A stretch of DNA of 63,888 nt, counting the filler, from Octopus bimaculoides (lineage: Eukaryota), in NCBI RefSeq assembly GCF_001194135.2. It is 5 parts of 5 records of this genome, joined end to end, with 100 filler letters (N's around TTAATTAATTAA, not from the genome) between each part and the next. Parts side by side here need not be neighbours in the genome. Positions count along the whole stretch, not along the records: positions 61,202 to 63,888 come from NC_068985.1; 4 more parts are not named here. One strand, given 5' to 3'. A model generated the notes under the pieces. That model was given only the letters and a program-made list of their open reading frames with translations. It was not told the DNA's origin and ran no database searches. The stretch's first letter is position 1; the number at the start of each line of letters is the position of its first letter. This document shows positions 61,102-63,888 of the stretch, in pieces. Made by a program: the position numbers and the translations under genes.

Positions 61102-61201
61102 NNNNNNNNNNNNNNNNNNNNNNNNNNNNNNNNNNNNNNNNNNNNTTAATTAATTAANNNNNNNNNNNNNNNNNNNNNNNNNNNNNNNNNNNNNNNNNNN
61201 N
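61102..61201. other. Artificial join N44-TTAATTAATTAA-N44
   Basis: Direct reading. Confidence 0.95.
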
Positions 61202-61255
<54 letters not shown>

Positions 61256-61911
61256 TTTCGTGGGTACGTGAAAATATCTTTATTAGCTACCACCTCAACT
61301 TAAATGTGGCTATCTGGGTGTCTGAAACACAAAAATTCGAGATACCTTTCATTTCATAACTAAAATATCATATAGACGTACCTCGCAGTATCTGAATGGC
61401 AGCGAGTATAACATAAGCGGAGAAATTTACTTATATCAATGTATATGTCGCTACGTGTATAGCAGAGAGGTAAAACACACGCACACACATACACGCGATT
61501 GCATATATTTATGCATATAGCGACATATTGGTGCGTGTTTGTGCGTGGGTGTGTGCTTGTATGTGTCCATGTATCTATGTATTTATGTTTGACAGCTTCA
61601 GATACCTGTATAATATAGCAATGTAGAATAATGCTGGTATATGTTATGAGATTTAGGAGCATGTTTTCCATAAGGGTTTCGAAACTGACGAGTATACGCA
61701 GATGAATTGCAAGACACCTCTTTTTTTCTTATTCTACAGATGCATAGGGGCTTCCATACATATATACATGCGTTGTGTATGGGTTTAAGTGTATGAATCA
61801 CATATGTACGGTGCAGTTATATTCTACCTATGCCCCAATCGTGTTTTGGCATATCAATGTCTATGCAATGTGACGTATACACATATATTGTAGGCATGAT
61901 CACACACTGAC

Positions 61912-61975
<64 letters not shown>

Positions 61976-62876
61976 GTAGATAGNNNNNNNNNNNNNNNNN
62001 NNNNNNNNNNNNNNNNNNNNNNNNNNNNNNNNNNNNNNNNNNNNNNNNNNNNNNNNNNNNNNNNNNNNNNNNNNNNNNNNNNNNNNNNNNNNNNNNNNNN
62101 NNNNNNNNNNNNNNNNNNNNNNNNNNNNNNNNNNNNNNNNNNNNNNNNNNNNNNNNNNNNNNNNNNNNNNNNNNNNNNNNNNNNNNNNNNNNNNNNNNNN
62201 NNNNNNNNNNNNNNNNNNNNNNNNNNNNNNNNNNNNNNNNNNNNNNNNNNNNNNNNNNNNNNNNNNNNNNNNNNNNNNNNNNNNNNNNNNNNNNNNNNNN
62301 NNNNNNNNNNNNNNNNNNNNNNNNNNNNNNNNNNNNNNNNNNNNNNNNNNNNNNNNNNNNNNNNNNNNNNNNNNNNNNNNNNNNNNNNNNNNNNNNNNNN
62401 NNNNNNNNNNNNNNNNNNNNNNNNNNNNNNNNNNNNNNNNNNNNNNNNNNNNNNNNNNNNNNNNNNNNNNNNNNNNNNNNNNNNNNNNNNNNNNNNNNNN
62501 NNNNNNNNNNNNNNNNNNNNNNNNNNNNNNNNNNNNNNNNNNNNNNNNNNNNNNNNNNNNNNNNNNNNNNNNNNNNNNNNNNNNNNNNNNNNNNNNNNNN
62601 NNNNNNNNNNNNNNNNNNNNNNNNNNNNNNNNNNNNNNNNNNNNNNNNNNNNNNNNNNNNNNNNNNNNNNNNNNNNNNNNNNNNNNNNNNNNNNNNNNNN
62701 NNNNNNNNNNNNNNNNNNNNNNNNNNNNNNNNNNNNNNNNNNNNNNNNNNNNNNNNNNNNNNNNNNNNNNNNNNNNNNNNNNNNNNNNNNNNNNNNNNNN
62801 NNNNNNNNNNNNNNNNNNNNNNNNNNNNNNNNNNNNNNNNNNNNNNNNNNNNNNNNNNNNNNNNNNNNNNNNNNNN

Positions 62877-62915
<39 letters not shown>

Positions 62916-63326
62916 GATGAACAAGTACGTACGTAGGTACGTATGCGTGCATACATCGTTACAATACGTCCATCTAACATATATTTCATAACGCAAATGG
63001 TGGCAATAAAAGATTATACGTATCTTATGACTTATATTATGATGAAGAAGAATAGAATTATAAATATATTATTTTCAGATGTGTCAAATGGAAAATCATT
63101 TAAAGCTAAAATTGTATGCATATGTATGTAGAAACGTGTATGTGTTTTCGTGCGTGTTTATGTGTGCGTTTGAAGTGTGTTTCTTGTATGTAATGTATAA
63201 TCTTTGTATGTTTGCGTTTAAACCTCCGTGTAAATGTGTATGCGTTGAATTTTGTATCAGTATGCCAGAATTTCAAATCTATACGCCATGTATATTGAGA
63301 AATTGTTCGTGCATGTATATACAAAA

Positions 63327-63329
<3 letters not shown>

Positions 63330-63368
<39 letters not shown>

Positions 63369-63672
63369 GGAAGTAAGTATGGAGAGAAAGAGAGAGACAG
63401 ACAGACAGAGGCAGACAGAGAAAAACAGAGAAAAGAAAGATAGAGATAGACAGAGAAAGACTGAGTGACACAGAGAGAGTGGCTAACAGAGAGCCAGTGA
63501 GACTGGCAGAGGAACAGACTGTTAAATGCACCCATATAGATAGATGAGTGGCTAGATAGATTGATAGACAGAAAGATCGATCGATCGATCGATTGACAGC
63601 TAGATACATACAATGAGAGAAATAGAGGAAGAGACAGACAGACAGGCAGAAGAACTGAAAGACAGATGAAAC

Positions 63673-63711
<39 letters not shown>

Positions 63712-63730
63712 AGGCAGAGAGAGAAATAAA
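63330..63730. repeat. Compound (AG)n/(GACA)/(GATA)/(GATC) purine-rich simple repeat
   Basis: Direct reading. Confidence 0.9.
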
Positions 63731-63888
63731 CATAGAAAATAGGGGTTGTTGCATTAATTGATTGACTGATCAATGCATAATTTAACAGGGATCTTGGTTA
63801 GTAAGTAGATAGGAAGAGAAGAGATAAATAAACAGTTATACAGGGAGAAAGAGAGATGTATAATTATATATATATATTTATATATATA

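Noticed and set aside
3401-63754. Most ORFs in the track (poly-IY, LSIY, CV, HT, SL, poly-H/S/D and X-rich)
   Set aside because: They are translations of microsatellites or read-through of N gaps, not genes.

Overview
Eukaryotic, AT-rich, microsatellite-dense draft genomic DNA. The SINE families and repeat landscape look like an octopus (coleoid cephalopod) genome; this is recognition from memory, not a search. No host protein-coding exon can be identified with confidence, and nearly every ORF in the track is a microsatellite or N-gap artefact. The window is dominated by transposable elements: about five tRNA-type or non-autonomous SINE-like families in many copies; a Penelope-like GIY-YIG relic (5983-6911); a 5'-truncated Tx1/L1-like element set inside a (CTAT)n array (8167-9244); three stacked R4/Dong-like RLE retrotransposon 3' fragments separated by (TACA)n (11568-13201); mariner and Tc1 relics; and several MITEs with 8-bp TSDs, one carrying an inverted telomeric-repeat hairpin. 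The most interesting signal is a tRNA-headed SINE with Pol III A and B boxes whose 3' half carries a Penelope-type minimal hammerhead ribozyme (3 copies: 14620-14665, 14887-14932, 51558-51603). At both loci the element has an inverted duplication at its 5' end. It may be a SINE that parasitises Penelope-like retroelements. Four artificial N44-TTAATTAATTAA-N44 linkers show that the window is at least five joined pieces, and an Illumina adapter remnant lies at 33717-33733. Repeat boundaries were read by eye and may be off by a few to a few tens of bases.
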